The position numbers and the translations under genes were made by a program. A stretch of 64,000 nucleotides of DNA. Origin: Massalongia carnosa (Eukaryota). Below are positions 23,101 to 36,000 of this stretch, in pieces. The stretch lies in the NCBI GenBank assembly GCA_965645245.1, contig OZ287082.1:124001-188000 (forward strand). The letters run 5' to 3'. Below the pieces are notes generated by a model. It ran no database searches, was not told the DNA's origin, and worked only from the letters and a program-made list of their open reading frames with translations. The stretch's first letter is position 1; the number at the start of each line of letters is the position of its first letter.

Positions 23101-26100
23101 CCCCCAGCTAGCGCTCCCCTAAAACGCCCATTGAGCGGCTGCGCTCTGCTGCGGGACTCAGTCTCAAACGAGACCAGATTCTGTGGTGGTTGAATTATTG
23201 ATATTTCAAAAACGTGCCTGTTTGGTATCGAACGCGAAGCTCTTGTCTCCCATCTATCGGTTTCAAAGATTTGTAGTCCTCTAAGACTACGTATATTACC
23301 CAAATGAGCGTACATGCCCATCGTTTGTTGAAGGAATTCAGCCCCAAGAAAAGGGACCTGCACATCCTTCGCGACCACCCCAATCCTTCGGTAGAGTATG
23401 GCTTCCTTGGATATCATGGCATCTTTGATGCATCTCACAAGCAAAAGAACTGACAACGAGCACAGTATCTTGGCTGTACACGGACTCGCTGCCGATCCCA
23501 TCGAGACTTGGGTCGAAAAGAAAGAAAAATGGAACTGGCTAGAGAATCAGCTGGTTGAAATCATTCCTGAAGCTCGAGTGTGGACATTCGGCTATAACTC
23601 GAGTTGGTGTGGAGACAAATCAGTCGACACGAGGCTCAATGAAGTAGCAACCAAACTTCTAGACGCTATAATTCAGAATGTATTTTCTTCATGTCATTCG
23701 AAACTTGTGATTCTGAGACATACTCAACGGTCACTAGGGTCTCTTGCACAAGCGTTTGGTATTTTTGGCCCATAGCTTTGGCGGAATTGTCGTTCTCAAG
23801 GTGCCGTTTGGCTGTAAGTGCAAAGATACACTATTGCTTACTGCTATAGGCACTTCTCATGGCCGAAAACCCCGATAATGGACTGGCCAAGCATGGAAAG
23901 GCCCTTAATTTGTTTCAGAGTATCGACGCGGTCCTTTTCTTTGGGACCCCCTTTCGTGGGACACATGAATGGTTTCAAAAAGATCTGCCAAAAATCGCCA
24001 GTGAAATCGAACCTCATGTTGATGAAGGGGTGTTTGAGACAATTCGGAAGGGAAGCGAAACCCTCGATCAACTGCGGAAAGATTTTATAGAAAAACAACA
24101 TAGATACAGAAAACCCAACATAGGCTGTTTTCAAGAGTTACAGGTTTCGAATATTGGTAAAATAGTCGGGAACGAAAAAATCTCAAAGGTACATAGCGCT
24201 TGAGATATAAATATAGCAGAGTTATTTGAAGCTAATCAGATGTACCTAGATAATTCTTGTTCGAAGAAGTGATGCAATTTTGGAAGGTCCGTCGACGGGA
24301 GAACCTCGAGTCTTGGTTCGTCCACTTGAGCGGAATCATTTCAATATGCACAATTTTGGGAAAGATGACCCTGTCTTTCGAACTGTTGAACAAGTTCTAA
24401 AAGCTATTCTTCCAACTCATCTCTATAATACTCCTACCCAGTTGGCCCCGGAAGATGAAGGTATAGGTTTACTTTGCAAATCATTGTTTTCGTACGGGTG
24501 GTTAATATGAATCATAGCAGGCATTCAGTTCTTATCCTTCCCGGAGATGAATGATCGATTTCTTGACATAGAGAAGGCATCTCCAGATACGTGCTATTGG
24601 TTACTTCAAAACCAAACCTATCGCAACTGGTCGGACCAACGCTCAGACTTGCTATGTATAAAAGGCAAGCCTGGTGCTGGGAAATCTACTTTGATGAAAT
24701 TTGCCGTTGCAAACAGAAGCGACCAAAGATCCGTGCTAGCGAAGTTCTTTTTCCACGCTCGCGGCACAGAGTTACAAAAGACCCCTTGTGGCCTATATAG
24801 ATCGCTTTTGCATCAACTCCTTTTACAGGTTCCATCTCTACGCCTCGATTTTCGGCAACACTATCTCGAAAAGAAGCAGGCTCACGGACAGTGTAAATGG
24901 CATGATAACGAGATGCAGGATCTCTTGACCGCTAATATCAGAAAGGCAGTCAAGCTTACTCCCGTTACTATTTATATAGATGCATTAGACGAATGCGGAC
25001 TGGAAGAAGAAAGAAGACTTGCCTCTTATTTACAAGATCTAACAACCAAAGAACCGGTCAAAATATGCTTCTCATGTCGCCATTATCCTCATATGAGCAT
25101 GACCGATTGCTCGGAAATTCTTGTTGAAAAAGAAAATGGGAATGATATAGTCAAGTACATTAACACGTTTTTCGAAGCAAAATCATGGAATATTGCCGAA
25201 GGCCATAATAGCGAAGTCATCAAGGAAATCAGAGAGGATGTTATGAACAAGTCCTCCAATGTATTTCAATGGGTCTTTCTGGTTCTCCAGATCATAGATA
25301 AATTGAGAGCGAAATTCAAAACATGGAAAATTGTGCGAAACAAGATACGAGAGGTGCCTCAAACCCTGAATGACTTATACACACATATTCTTTCGAGTCT
25401 TGATCTTGACGACGAGCAACGAGCTCAGTCATCAACCTTATTGCGGTGGATATGCTTTGCAAAGCGACCGTTGAGCCCGAATGAACTACGCATCGCAATG
25501 GCGTTTGATACGGATGAACCGCCCTCATCTCTCGAAGCCTGGGGAGAATCTGATGGATATTATGAAAATAACGAGGAATTTGGGAAGCTAATCACGACTT
25601 TATCAGGAGGACTTGCAGAGACTGTTCAAACAGTAAGTGACTATGAGAGTGGCGATGAGAGTGACGATGGGATTGACGATGAGAGTGACGATGAGAGTGA
25701 TGAGTATAAAGATAAAAGGTTTAGTGATCGGACATGCACTGTTCAGTTCATCCATGAATCAGTCAATGATTATCTCAAGAACGAAGGCCTTTCAAAGCTG
25801 GGTATTCATCGCGCAGAGAGTGTTGAAGGTCAATGTCATAACCAGATGGCAAAAGCTTGCATTTACTATATCAGATGCGACGATATTTCCGTATATAGGC
25901 TCCGGAAGGTTTATACCTTAAAACATGAATACGAAGAAAAAGAGGGACTCTTCTTCTATGCACTAGAATACTGGTTGTGGCATTCCGAAAAGGCAGAAAT
26001 TGAAAGTTGCTCGCAAGAGCAGCTTTTGACATGGTTCGACTTTCCATCTCCTATCATCTTCCAGAATTGGCTCAATCAATATTGTGATAAGATGTCCGAC

Positions 26101-26373
26101 AGCTATATGTTCGGAAATAAGATAATTCAACGGGACGCAACATTACTACACATTGCCTCGGTTTCGAATTTGATGAGTTTAGCTAAGACTCTCCTGATGC
26201 GGAGTGATGTAACTGTCGATGCTACAAGTGAAAAGCTCGATACACCCCTCATTTCAGCATCCGAAGCAGGAAACGAGGCAATGGTGGAATTTCTGTTAAA
26301 AGCGGGAGCGGACATCAATGCACAAGGCGGAAAGTATGGCAACGCGCTGCATGTTGCCTGTATGCATTGAAAA

Positions 26374-27075
26374 ATGGCGATAGTAGAATTGCTGTTGAAG
26401 GAGGGAGCGGACGTCAATGCTCAAGGCGGAGAGTATGGCAACGCGCTGCAGGCTGCCTGTTGGCGTGGAAACATGGCGATAGTAGAATTGCTGTTGAAGG
26501 AGGGAGCGGACGTCAATGCTCAAGGCGGAGAGTATGGCAACGCGCTGCAGGCTGCCTGTTGGGATGAAAACATGGCGATAGTAGAATTGCTATTGAAGGA
26601 GGGAGCGGACGTCAATGCTCAAGGCGGAGAGTATGGCAACGCGCTGCAGGCTGCCTGTTTGCGTGGATACATGGCGATAGTAGAATTGCTGTTGAAGGAG
26701 GGAGCGGACGTCAATGCTCAAGGCGGAGGGTATGGCAACGCGCTGCAGGCTGCCTGTTGGCGTGGAAACATGGCGATAGTAGAATTGCTGTTGAAGGAGG
26801 GAGCGGACGTCAATGCTCAAGGCGGAGCGGACGTCAATGCTCAAGGCGGAGAGTATGGCAACGCGCTGCAGGCTGCCTGTTGGCGTCGAAACATGGCGAT
26901 AGTAGAATTGCTGTTGAAGGAGGGAGCGGACGTCAATGCTCAAGGCGGAGAGTATGGCAACGCGCTGCAGGCTGCCTGTTGGCGTGAAAACATGGCGATA
27001 GTAGAATTGCTGTTGAAGGAGGGAGCGGACGTCAATGCTCAAGGCGGAAAGTATGGCAACGCGGTGCAGATAGCT
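26374..27075 (+). repeat. Seven near-identical 99-bp ankyrin-coding tandem repeats, one with a 24-bp internal duplication
   Basis: Units start at 26374, 26473, 26572, 26671, 26770, 26893 and 26992; duplication at 26800-26847. Confidence 0.97.
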
Positions 27076-27181
27076 TGTCAAAGTGACAGCGGAGATGAAA
27101 GAATGATAGAGTTGCTGTTAAAATGGGGAGCAAAGGTCATGCGCTCAAGGCGGAAAGTATGGCAACGTGCTACAGGCGGCC

Positions 27182-27474
27182 TGTTAAATGGCAAGGTTAT
27201 CATCGGTTAGATGGTCAGACTACCACTAACATAGGCATCCATCGTGAGCCTCGGGAGGTGCCTTGCAAAGTTCCAAAAAAAAGCAGATATGGGAGTCAAG
27301 GTCTGATCGTCAGGGTGCCTAAACAAGCAAATATGGGGAGACAAGGTCTGACCGTTTAGGCTCCTAGATGTGACTGTTTTGTGACTGCTATATAAAGCAG
27401 ACAAATAGCCCATATAGATAATCACCTTCAATGACAATCATGCTACTATACCTACAAAGTGAATTTATATTTCA
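27182..27474 (+). mobile_element. Copia-type solo-LTR-like insertion in the NLR 3' end (boundaries approximate)
   Basis: TAGGCATCCATCGTGAGCCTCGGGAGGTGCCTTGCAAAG resembles TGGGCATCCATCATGAGCCGCAGGAGGTACCTGGCAAAG in the Copia-1 LTR. Ankyrin coding resumes at ~27476; no TSD found. Confidence 0.6.
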
Positions 27475-30400
27475 TAAAGGAGACGATGAAGACAAGAGAA
27501 TGATACAGTTGCTATTGAAACGGAGAGCAGACGTTAAAGCACAAGGCGGATATTATGGCAACGCGCTACAGGCAGCCTGTTACAAAGGATATATGTCGAC
27601 GGTGAAATTGCTACTGAAGGAGGGAGCGAATGTCAATGTACAAGGCGGATATTATCACAACGCGTTGCGTGCAGCTCGCGAAAACGGAAATCAGGCTGTG
27701 ACTCAGCTCCTACTGAATGCCGGGGCGGAAGACCTTTCTTTGATTCGAGACACAAGTTCGAAAGACCTTTCTTTGAGTGGAGACACCAGTTCGGAATAAA
27801 AGAAGAATCATATGATAAACTGACAAATTGACATTCAAGCCACTGTTTCATTGACTCTCAAATACCAATATAGTTAAATGAAGTAGATAAATCCATTCCG
27901 ATTGCATAGCTCATCGCTCACCGCCCCGGAATATTAATATTTCTCAGTATATCTTTTATTCAAAGATCCGATACATTCTTCTCTAGAAGACTCTTATAAG
28001 ATCAAACCAAAGAACTCAAACCTCATGACTGGAAGAGGGAGTCGTTCGTCTTTCTATAATATCGATAGAGTAGTCCCTATATTAGGGGTTTTCACGGTTG
28101 ATTTTCAAATTTCAGGTTTTCAGGGTTTTATTTTTCAGGTTATCAGGGTTTGGCGTTTAGGCATGAGTGCCCCGAAATTATTAGAAATTTTTAATTTTAA
28201 TGCTTAGTCATTTAATCAGATATTACCAACCTATTTTCTAACCTCTCATCTTCGATCGAGGGGATATTCTTGTTATTTTAAATAGTTATGCCTCGTGTCA
28301 GCTGCAAAGTGCAGCTGGAAAGAGATTTGCGTTATCTTTACTTCCTACATGACGCTACTGCATCATCATCGGATGAATCGGATGAAGCATTGAATTTCCT
28401 ACTTCTAGCAGAAGGAATTCAAGAACAGCGTTATTTAACTCCCCGATTATTCGTACCCAAATCCAATTGGGCGCCAGCTGTCCTTCCCAACCTTTCGGAT
28501 GATCGATTCCGAAGTCTGCTACGCATGAATCGCTTTTCCTTTGATCATGTTCTCGGCTTAATTCGAAATGATCCCGTCTTTTTCAATAAATCTCGTGTCC
28601 CTCAAGCCTCCGTGGAACATCAGCTAAAATACGCTCTTTTTAGAATGGGACATAACGGTAGTGCCAGTGGATTCCTTCCTAAAGCTACCATGTGGGGGAT
28701 ATCAGAAGGGCATGTTTTTAACTGGACTAAACAGGTGATAGAAGCACTGTATCGGCTAAAGAATGACTTCGTTCAATGGCCCAGTGAAAGAGCTAGGATA
28801 AGAGAAAGTTTGACCAATAATCAGAGACAAGATAGATTTATCGGGGTCGTTGGCAAGGTGGATTGTACCCACGTTGTTCTATATACAAAACCAGGTTGTA
28901 AATACGAAGGCGAGCTATTCTTCAACAGAAAAAAGAGATACGCGATAGATTTGTATGCCGTATGTGACTCGATTAAAAGGTTTATTTACTTTCTCAGTGG
29001 ATAGCCAAATTCGGAGCTTGATCAGCGTATATTCGCCGCAGGTGATTTGTGCCGGAATCCCGCCTTTTATTTCTCTCCCGGTTAATATCTATTGGGTGAC
29101 AGTGCCTATACGAATTCCACGTATCTGGTGACTCAATACAAGGCACCGCATACTAGAGATCCGGATATTCGTCGATTCAACAAAAGACTGTCGCGAATTC
29201 GTATAGACATAACGTAACTCACTGGGCAACGGGACAAACTGGGCAACGGGACTAATTAATTCCAAAATCATCACTTTTTACCACTCTAGATGATAAAGCC
29301 TTCATTACATACATTTTACATAAAAATTCAGCTTCAGACATCACAGTAGATTATATTCATCATTTTGAAACTTTATAATCATGGGTGTAGGTAAGAAAAC
29401 CACCTCCCATAAGACCTCCATTCCTTCATGTTTTCACCCCACCTCCACCTATCAACAACGATTACAGTCAGCCTTTTTGGCCTGGAAACAGGCCGATAGA
29501 GCTCTTTCCATTACGAAGGCAGCTTTTCTATATGATGTTTCAAAGTCTACCCTTCATGCCCGCATTCAGGGTCGTAAATCACGATTTACGTCTGGTCAAA
29601 CCAAATAATTGCTGACCCCCGAGGAGGAAGACGCTTTGAAGAACTGGGTTTTACAACTGTACGCATGGGGCTGGCCTGCTAAAATAGCTCAGCTACGTCA
29701 GATGGCCATATAATTACTACGAGCAAGGGGGAATCATACTGTGCTAGTAGTCAATTGGCAACAGTATTTTTTACATCGTCATCCCGATCTGCAGGCTAAA
29801 TACTGTCGCACACTAGATCAAGAACGATTATTGGCTGCGAATGAAGAGATATTTCAGCACCGGTTTGATCTTTTCCTCTTCATGAAAGAAAAGCACGGAA
29901 TTCTTGATGAAGACATCTACAACATGGACGAAAAGGGATTCATGATTGGGGTAGCTACTAGTGCTAAAGTAGTAATTTCTAAGCACGAAAAGCAAGCCTT
30001 TTCAGCACAGTCAGGTAATCGAGAATAGGTGTCGTTGATCGAGTCTATTTGTACTACCGGTCGAAGTTTACCTCTTTTCGTCATCTTCAAAGGAGTTAAC
30101 AAGAAAAAGACCTAGTACGATGCACTGGAGGACATTGACACTGAAATAGCTACCAGCGAAAACAGATGGACAGACAATAAACTAGGTCTTGATTGGTTGA
30201 AAAAGTGTTTTGAACCTGCTACTGCAGAATATCTACACGGTGAATATCGACTTCTTATAGTAGATAGTCATGCTTCCCATATTTCTACCGAATTCATCAA
30301 GTTTTGCAACGAAAAGAAAATCATTCTTTTGTGACTACCTCCATATACTACCCATATGTTGCAACCTCTGGTCGTGAGCGTTTTTAGGCCCTTACCACGG

Positions 30401-31072
30401 GAGTACAAAAAACAATTGGAGGTCGTCACCCGATTCAACGTCTGTTCAGTAGACAAGGTAGATTTTCTGAAGATCATTCAAAAAGCAAGAAAAGAAGCAA
30501 TCTACACAAAAAACGTGCTGACTGCATGGAGAGCAACCGGATTAATACCCTACAATCCATCATCAGTTCTTCAAAAACTCACTAATAAACAATCGGTGTT
30601 GCGAAAGACTGATAGCATCATCACCACCACCACCACCACCACCACCACCACTACTACTACTACCACCACGACGAATATCACCTCCTCTCATCCTAACACT
30701 CCGACAACCCTTCAAAACTCTCACGAAATTGAAAAGACACCTGCAAATATCGATCAAATAAATCAACTGATTCGTCGAATTCGAAATGATAAAGAATCAG
30801 ACTCGACTCCCGTTCGAGCGCTAAATAAATTGATAAAAGGCGCTAAATATGCCTTCGCAGACTCTACCTTGCTACGTATCACCAACAACGAGCTTCTTCA
30901 GGCCAATGTACGGCGCCATCATCGAGCCAATCGTAGCGGGGCTCACTATGGAGGAAAGGCTCGAGTTCTAAGTCTTGAAGACGTTCATCAAAGACAGCAA
31001 TGGGCCAAAGATAAACCAAAGGTGAAAGACGGAAAAAAGAAGGCCGCTCAGCTAAAACGAGCTGAGCAGGAC

Positions 31073-31336
31073 TGTTGAGTTAAATAGGTAGGTAATAGTA
31101 TATATGGGAAGGATTGATTAATCTATCTAGGTGGCTATCTACTATATTTATATAGTTAGATAGATGAGAGATGAATAAGATAGAAGAGAGCAGGCCCAGC
31201 GGCAGGGCAGGTTTGCCTTGAATCTCCCTGCCGTACCACCTCATTAGCTAGCCGTGTGCGGATCACTTGAGACGTTATTCCCAAGCCGTTATGTTGCCGT
31301 CTGGCACGGCACATAGGATGGCTGTCTCATCTAACA
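31073..31336 (-). mobile_element. Solo LTR of the Copia-2 family
   Basis: Close reverse complement of 55539-55799; TG...CA; TSD AGGAC. Confidence 0.96.
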
Positions 31337-31919
31337 AGGACCTTATCAAAACTTTCAGGGAAATGTGTCGATTTGGGCCTGATTTACTAGGACAAATGTC
31401 TACTGCATCTTCGACGAAAAGTCCTCAGAAAAGTCCTCAGAAAGCACCTGATATTTCACAAAGTAAGCCTATTTGTTCTTTTCAAAGACGATTATTACCT
31501 CCTCCCGTGCTTCAACCAATGACAGAAGAGGTAGAGGGGGTGGAGGAGGTAAAGGTAAGTGGTGTCATGGAGTGACTGGGCACCTGCCACACTAACCGGT
31601 TAGCCGGTCCGAAAGGAACTAAGCTTAATCCGGACCAGTTAGGGCAACGGTAGGTGTTCCGGCCGTCAATAGTGTCATGGCGATAGTGTCATGCCAGGGA
31701 CTCGAGGGAAATTGGATCAATAGCTGGATCGGGACTAGTTCCGTTCGCCAGAGTCTTATACTCGCCCACGTTTGATTTTCTGATTCTTTTCTCCTTGTCG
31801 AACGTCTTGTCCACCTAGCTAGACAATCAAGTAATACGTTTGCACCACCTGAATTCCTACCTGACCTCGCACCGTGACACTACGTTCGACCAGCCTATTC
31901 ACCTGGTGCATCATCATCA

Positions 31920-33067
31920 TGTCCATCAACCTCGACCCCCCTACCTCCGTTTCCAACGCCGACGAACTGAGCACTGCAGTGCAGCAACAGCCACAGGCAT
32001 GGCTCGACTTCCTCCTTCGCGTCACCAACTTCTCGGTTAATGCTCAGGAAATCATTACCAGCTTAGAGACTGACAAAGCATCCGCACTATCTTCCCTCGA
32101 ACAGGCTAATGCCACTCTGTCCGAGAATGCAGTCACCATGGCCGCTGGACAAGCAGTCATGGACGAACTCCGCACCAATCTGGCCGATGCCTCGCAGTCT
32201 AAATCGCACCGTTCCACCAAGCATCCGGACCCATCTTCCTTTGGTGGCGATAAGGCAGAACTGAGAGGATGGATGACACAACTCCGAATTAAACTGAACA
32301 TCAACAAGGACCACTACCCTACCGAACAAAGCAAGCTCGCTTATGCACTAAGCCGCTTGAAGGAGAGAGCATTGGAACAACTGCAGCCGTACCTGGAAAA
32401 AGATGGAAACATCGCTCTTGCTGATATGGAAGCGTTCTATACCAAATTGCAGTTGGCCTTCGGTGACCCCGATAGAAAAGCAACCGCACAAAGGGAACTG
32501 CGACAGCTTCGACAAAAGAACAAAGAGTTCTACTTATACCTCTCCGACTATCAACGCCTTGTTCCCGACACCGGCTTCGACGATGAAGCCAAACGTTCTA
32601 TTCTTCTGGACGGTCTCAGCGATGAGTTAAAATCCGCCCTAATCACAGTGGACCTACCCACCTCGTTGGACGACACCATCCAAATTCTCCAGAAAATCGA
32701 CAATCGATTCCGCTCCGTCCAGGCCTCCATCCGCAAACCATTCTCATATGGTTCATCTCGCTCTTCCTCCGCTCCGTCCACTCCGACTACTAAAACCTCT
32801 TCCACCCCCAGCACTCCCGTTCCTCGCCCCGCTCCCATCTCACCTGCAGATACGGATGCCATGGACCTGTCGACCTCCAGGCGTCGCGGTCCCATCACCC
32901 CGGCGGAAAGATCACGCCGCATGAACGAAGGACTATGCATGTACTGCGGAGGGTCAGGACATTTCGCCAATTCCTGCCCAGCCTCCAAGGGAAAACCTAG
33001 AGTGAGGACATATGAATTGAGCACGGTGACTCCGGAAGAGGAGGGAAAAGTTCAGTCTTCGGCCTAA
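31920..33067 (+). CDS. Gypsy-2 Gag (start codon approximate)
   Basis: KHPDPSSFGG, DAMDLS and CCHC knuckle CMYCGGSGHFANSC. Confidence 0.92.
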
Positions 33068-36000
33068 GTCGCGGCCGAAGACAAAAAGAAGCTATTTCGA
33101 TTTCGGCATTTTCCTTGTCCAAAGAACCTCTGTCCGAAGAAGATCTGGATGGAAGGCATTTGGTTGTGTCTCTTGTTGTTTCCATAGGAACAATCAAAAT
33201 CAAGACTTATGCATTGATTGATTGTGGAGCATCTGGATTTGCCTTTGTTGATTCCTCGTTCGCGCACCACCATCGCATACCCCTCGCCCCCATGAAGAAA
33301 CCCCGTATTCTTGAACTCGCAGACGGCCGTCCCGTGTCGTCTGGAAAGCTTACTCACCTCGCACGTCTGAACCTTGACATCGCCTCGCATTCCGAACCCG
33401 CTAACCTTCTCGTCACCAGCCTCGGCCACTACCCCATCGTTCTCGGCATTAAATGGCTGCAAATTCACGACGTCAGCATACGATGGGCCACGAACTCTCT
33501 CACTTTCAACTCACCTTACTGTCGTCAGCACTGCCTTGACAACTCCGAGTCAAACACGGTCATCGGCATAACCAATGTTCCAGAACTCCGCGCTGAAAAA
33601 CCCCTCGTCGTTGAAAGTAGCGCTAGTCCCGACTCGACAGCGGCAATCACCGAAGACTCTAGTCCCGAAGCGGTTAGATTTGACAGGCCCAGCCGGTTAA
33701 ATCGGCGCGTTAATCCAGCGATCGCCACCCCCTCGCCTATCTTACCCGCGACCTTGCCCGTTCCGTCCCCGTTCGTCCCGTTCTCGCTCATTCCGACGCC
33801 GACCAATAAGAATCCACCATTGAGCATATGTATGATAGGGGCAGCCCCCTTTACCCGTTTAGCGAAGAAGAAGGAGTGTGAGCTCTTTACCGTGAACATG
33901 CGAGATATTGAACATGCCTTGAACCCCAAGCCGGAAGTTGATCCTGCTACCGTGTTGCCGTCGGAATATCATGAATTTCTTGATGTATTTTCCAAGAAAG
34001 AAGCTGATAAACTTCCAGAGCGACGTAGCCATGATCATAAAATTCCGTTGATGGAAGGAAAGGAACCCACGTATGGCCCGTTATATGGCATGAGTCGAGA
34101 TGAACTGTTAGTTCTGCAGAAGTACCTGACGGAAAACCTGAAGAAGGGTTTTATTCGGTCCAGTTCTTCCCCTGCTGCGTCCCCGGTGTTGTTCGTTAGA
34201 AAACCAGGCGGAGGCCTGCGTTTTTGTGTTGATTACAGAGCATTAAATGCGATAACGATCAAGAACAGATACCCCCTACCTTTGATCAGAGAAACCTTGG
34301 ATCGCTTGAGTAAGGCAGTTATCTTTACTAAGCTGGATATTGTCGCGGCCTTCAACCGTCTCCGTGTAGCTCATGGAGAGGAATGGAAGACTGCCTTTCG
34401 AACACGCTATGGATTATACGAATATCTTGTCATGCCGTTTGGACTCTGTGGAGCCCCATCCTCGTTTCAGGAGTACATTAATGATGTGCTTCGTGAATAT
34501 CTAGACATCTTTTGCACCGCGTACATCGATGACATATTGATTTACAGCAACTCCCTGAAAGAGCACAAGGATCATGTGAGAAAAATACTGATGGCCCTAG
34601 AAAAAGCCGGATTACAACTTGACATCTCGAAATGTGAATTCCATGTCACGGAGACCATTTATTTAGGAATGATAGTATCCAAAGACGGCATAAGAATGGA
34701 TCCCAAGAAAATTGAGACTATTCAGAATTGGAACACTCCAGAGAACCTAAAAGACGTGCAGGCCTTCATAGGATTCGCGAATTTCTATCGTCGATTTGTC
34801 AAGGGGTTCTCTCGCATAGCTGGACCACTGACAGCTATGTCAAAAAAGAAGACACCATTCGTATGGACCAATGACTGCGCCAATGCTTTCGAGGATCTGA
34901 AGTCTATGTTTACTAGTGACATTGTTCTGCTGCATTTTGACCCCGATAAGGAAAGCGTGGTTGAAACTGACTCTTCTGATTATGTCAATGCCGGAGTCCT
35001 CTCGCAGTATGATGACGATGGAGTCCTTCGCCCCGTAGCCTTTTTCTCGCGACGTTTGTCCCCGGCGGAGTGCAATTACGAGATTTATGATAAAGAGCTA
35101 TTAGCCATAATACGTGCCTTCGAGGAATGGAGACCAGAACTTCAAGGAGCTGCATACCCGGTTAAAGTAATCACTGACCATAAAAACCTGGAGTATTTCA
35201 CCACCACCAAGCAGCTAAGTAGGCGACAGGCCCGTTGGGCAGAATATCTCTCACGTTTCGACTTCAAAATCACGTATCGACCCGGCAAATTAGGCGGAAA
35301 ACCTGACGCTTTGACTAGAAGATCAGGAGATCTTCCTAAAGAAGGGGACGTGAGACTGGAACATCAGAATCAGGTGGTATTAAAACCGCATAATTTTGAA
35401 CTTCATGCTAACAACGTGCCTCGTGTGACTGACGTGTCCGACTCTGAACCTGACATCGCACCTGACATCGCTATTGAACCATCGAACCTCGCCCCTGCCC
35501 TCGACTCGGAAGAGAAATCTATAGACGAACTCATTGATCTAGGATATGAACATGACCCCACGCCTAACAAAATCCTGACCCTTCTCCGAAACGGTGCTCG
35601 ACACAGCAAGGACATCACCCTAGCCGAATGTGAAGACAGGAATGGAAGACTATACTACAAGGAAAGGCTATACGTCCCTGACTGGCATGAACTAAAAAAT
35701 GAGACTATGCAAAGAATATCATGACAGTCCAGTCGCCGGTCATCCAGGCAGATCTAAAACATTTAGTCTAATGGCGCGAGACTACTACTGGCCCCGATAT
35801 CATCAGTTCATTGCTCGCTATGTCCAACACTGTCATACATGCTCTCGCAGTAAAGCTTCTCATCATGCTAAGTACGGAGTGTTGAAACCTTTGCCCGTTC
35901 CCCAACAACGATGGAAGGACATATCCATGGATTTCGTCACCGGCCTACCCGAAAGTAGTGATAAAAACGCCGTATTAAGCGTTGTTTGTCGGCTAACCAA

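Larger units (their letters stand above)
23304..27799 (+). pseudogene. Fungal NLR: SesB-like alpha/beta hydrolase - NACHT - ankyrin repeats; truncated by TGA at 26368-26370, with a later frameshift and an LTR-like insertion
   Basis: The spliced N-terminus gives VDILAVHGL, nucleophile AHSFGG, FFGTPFRG and RNHFNM. Walker A GKPGAGKST, Walker B IYIDALDEC, VQFIHESV, then GADVNAQGGEYGNALQAA ankyrin repeats. Five introns are inferred (first at 23396-23465). Confidence 0.88.

Noticed and set aside
18021..23470. Amyloid signalling motifs linking the two immunity-type genes
   Set aside because: No N/Q/G-rich pseudo-repeat visible at the NLR N-terminus or the partner C-terminus.
26296..27081. Repetitive antisense and alternative-frame ORFs
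   Set aside because: Shadows of the 99-bp ankyrin repeats.
30620..30670. (ACC)n/(ACT)n tract, and (GGAGGT)n near 14757-14792
   Set aside because: Ordinary microsatellites in transposase linker regions.
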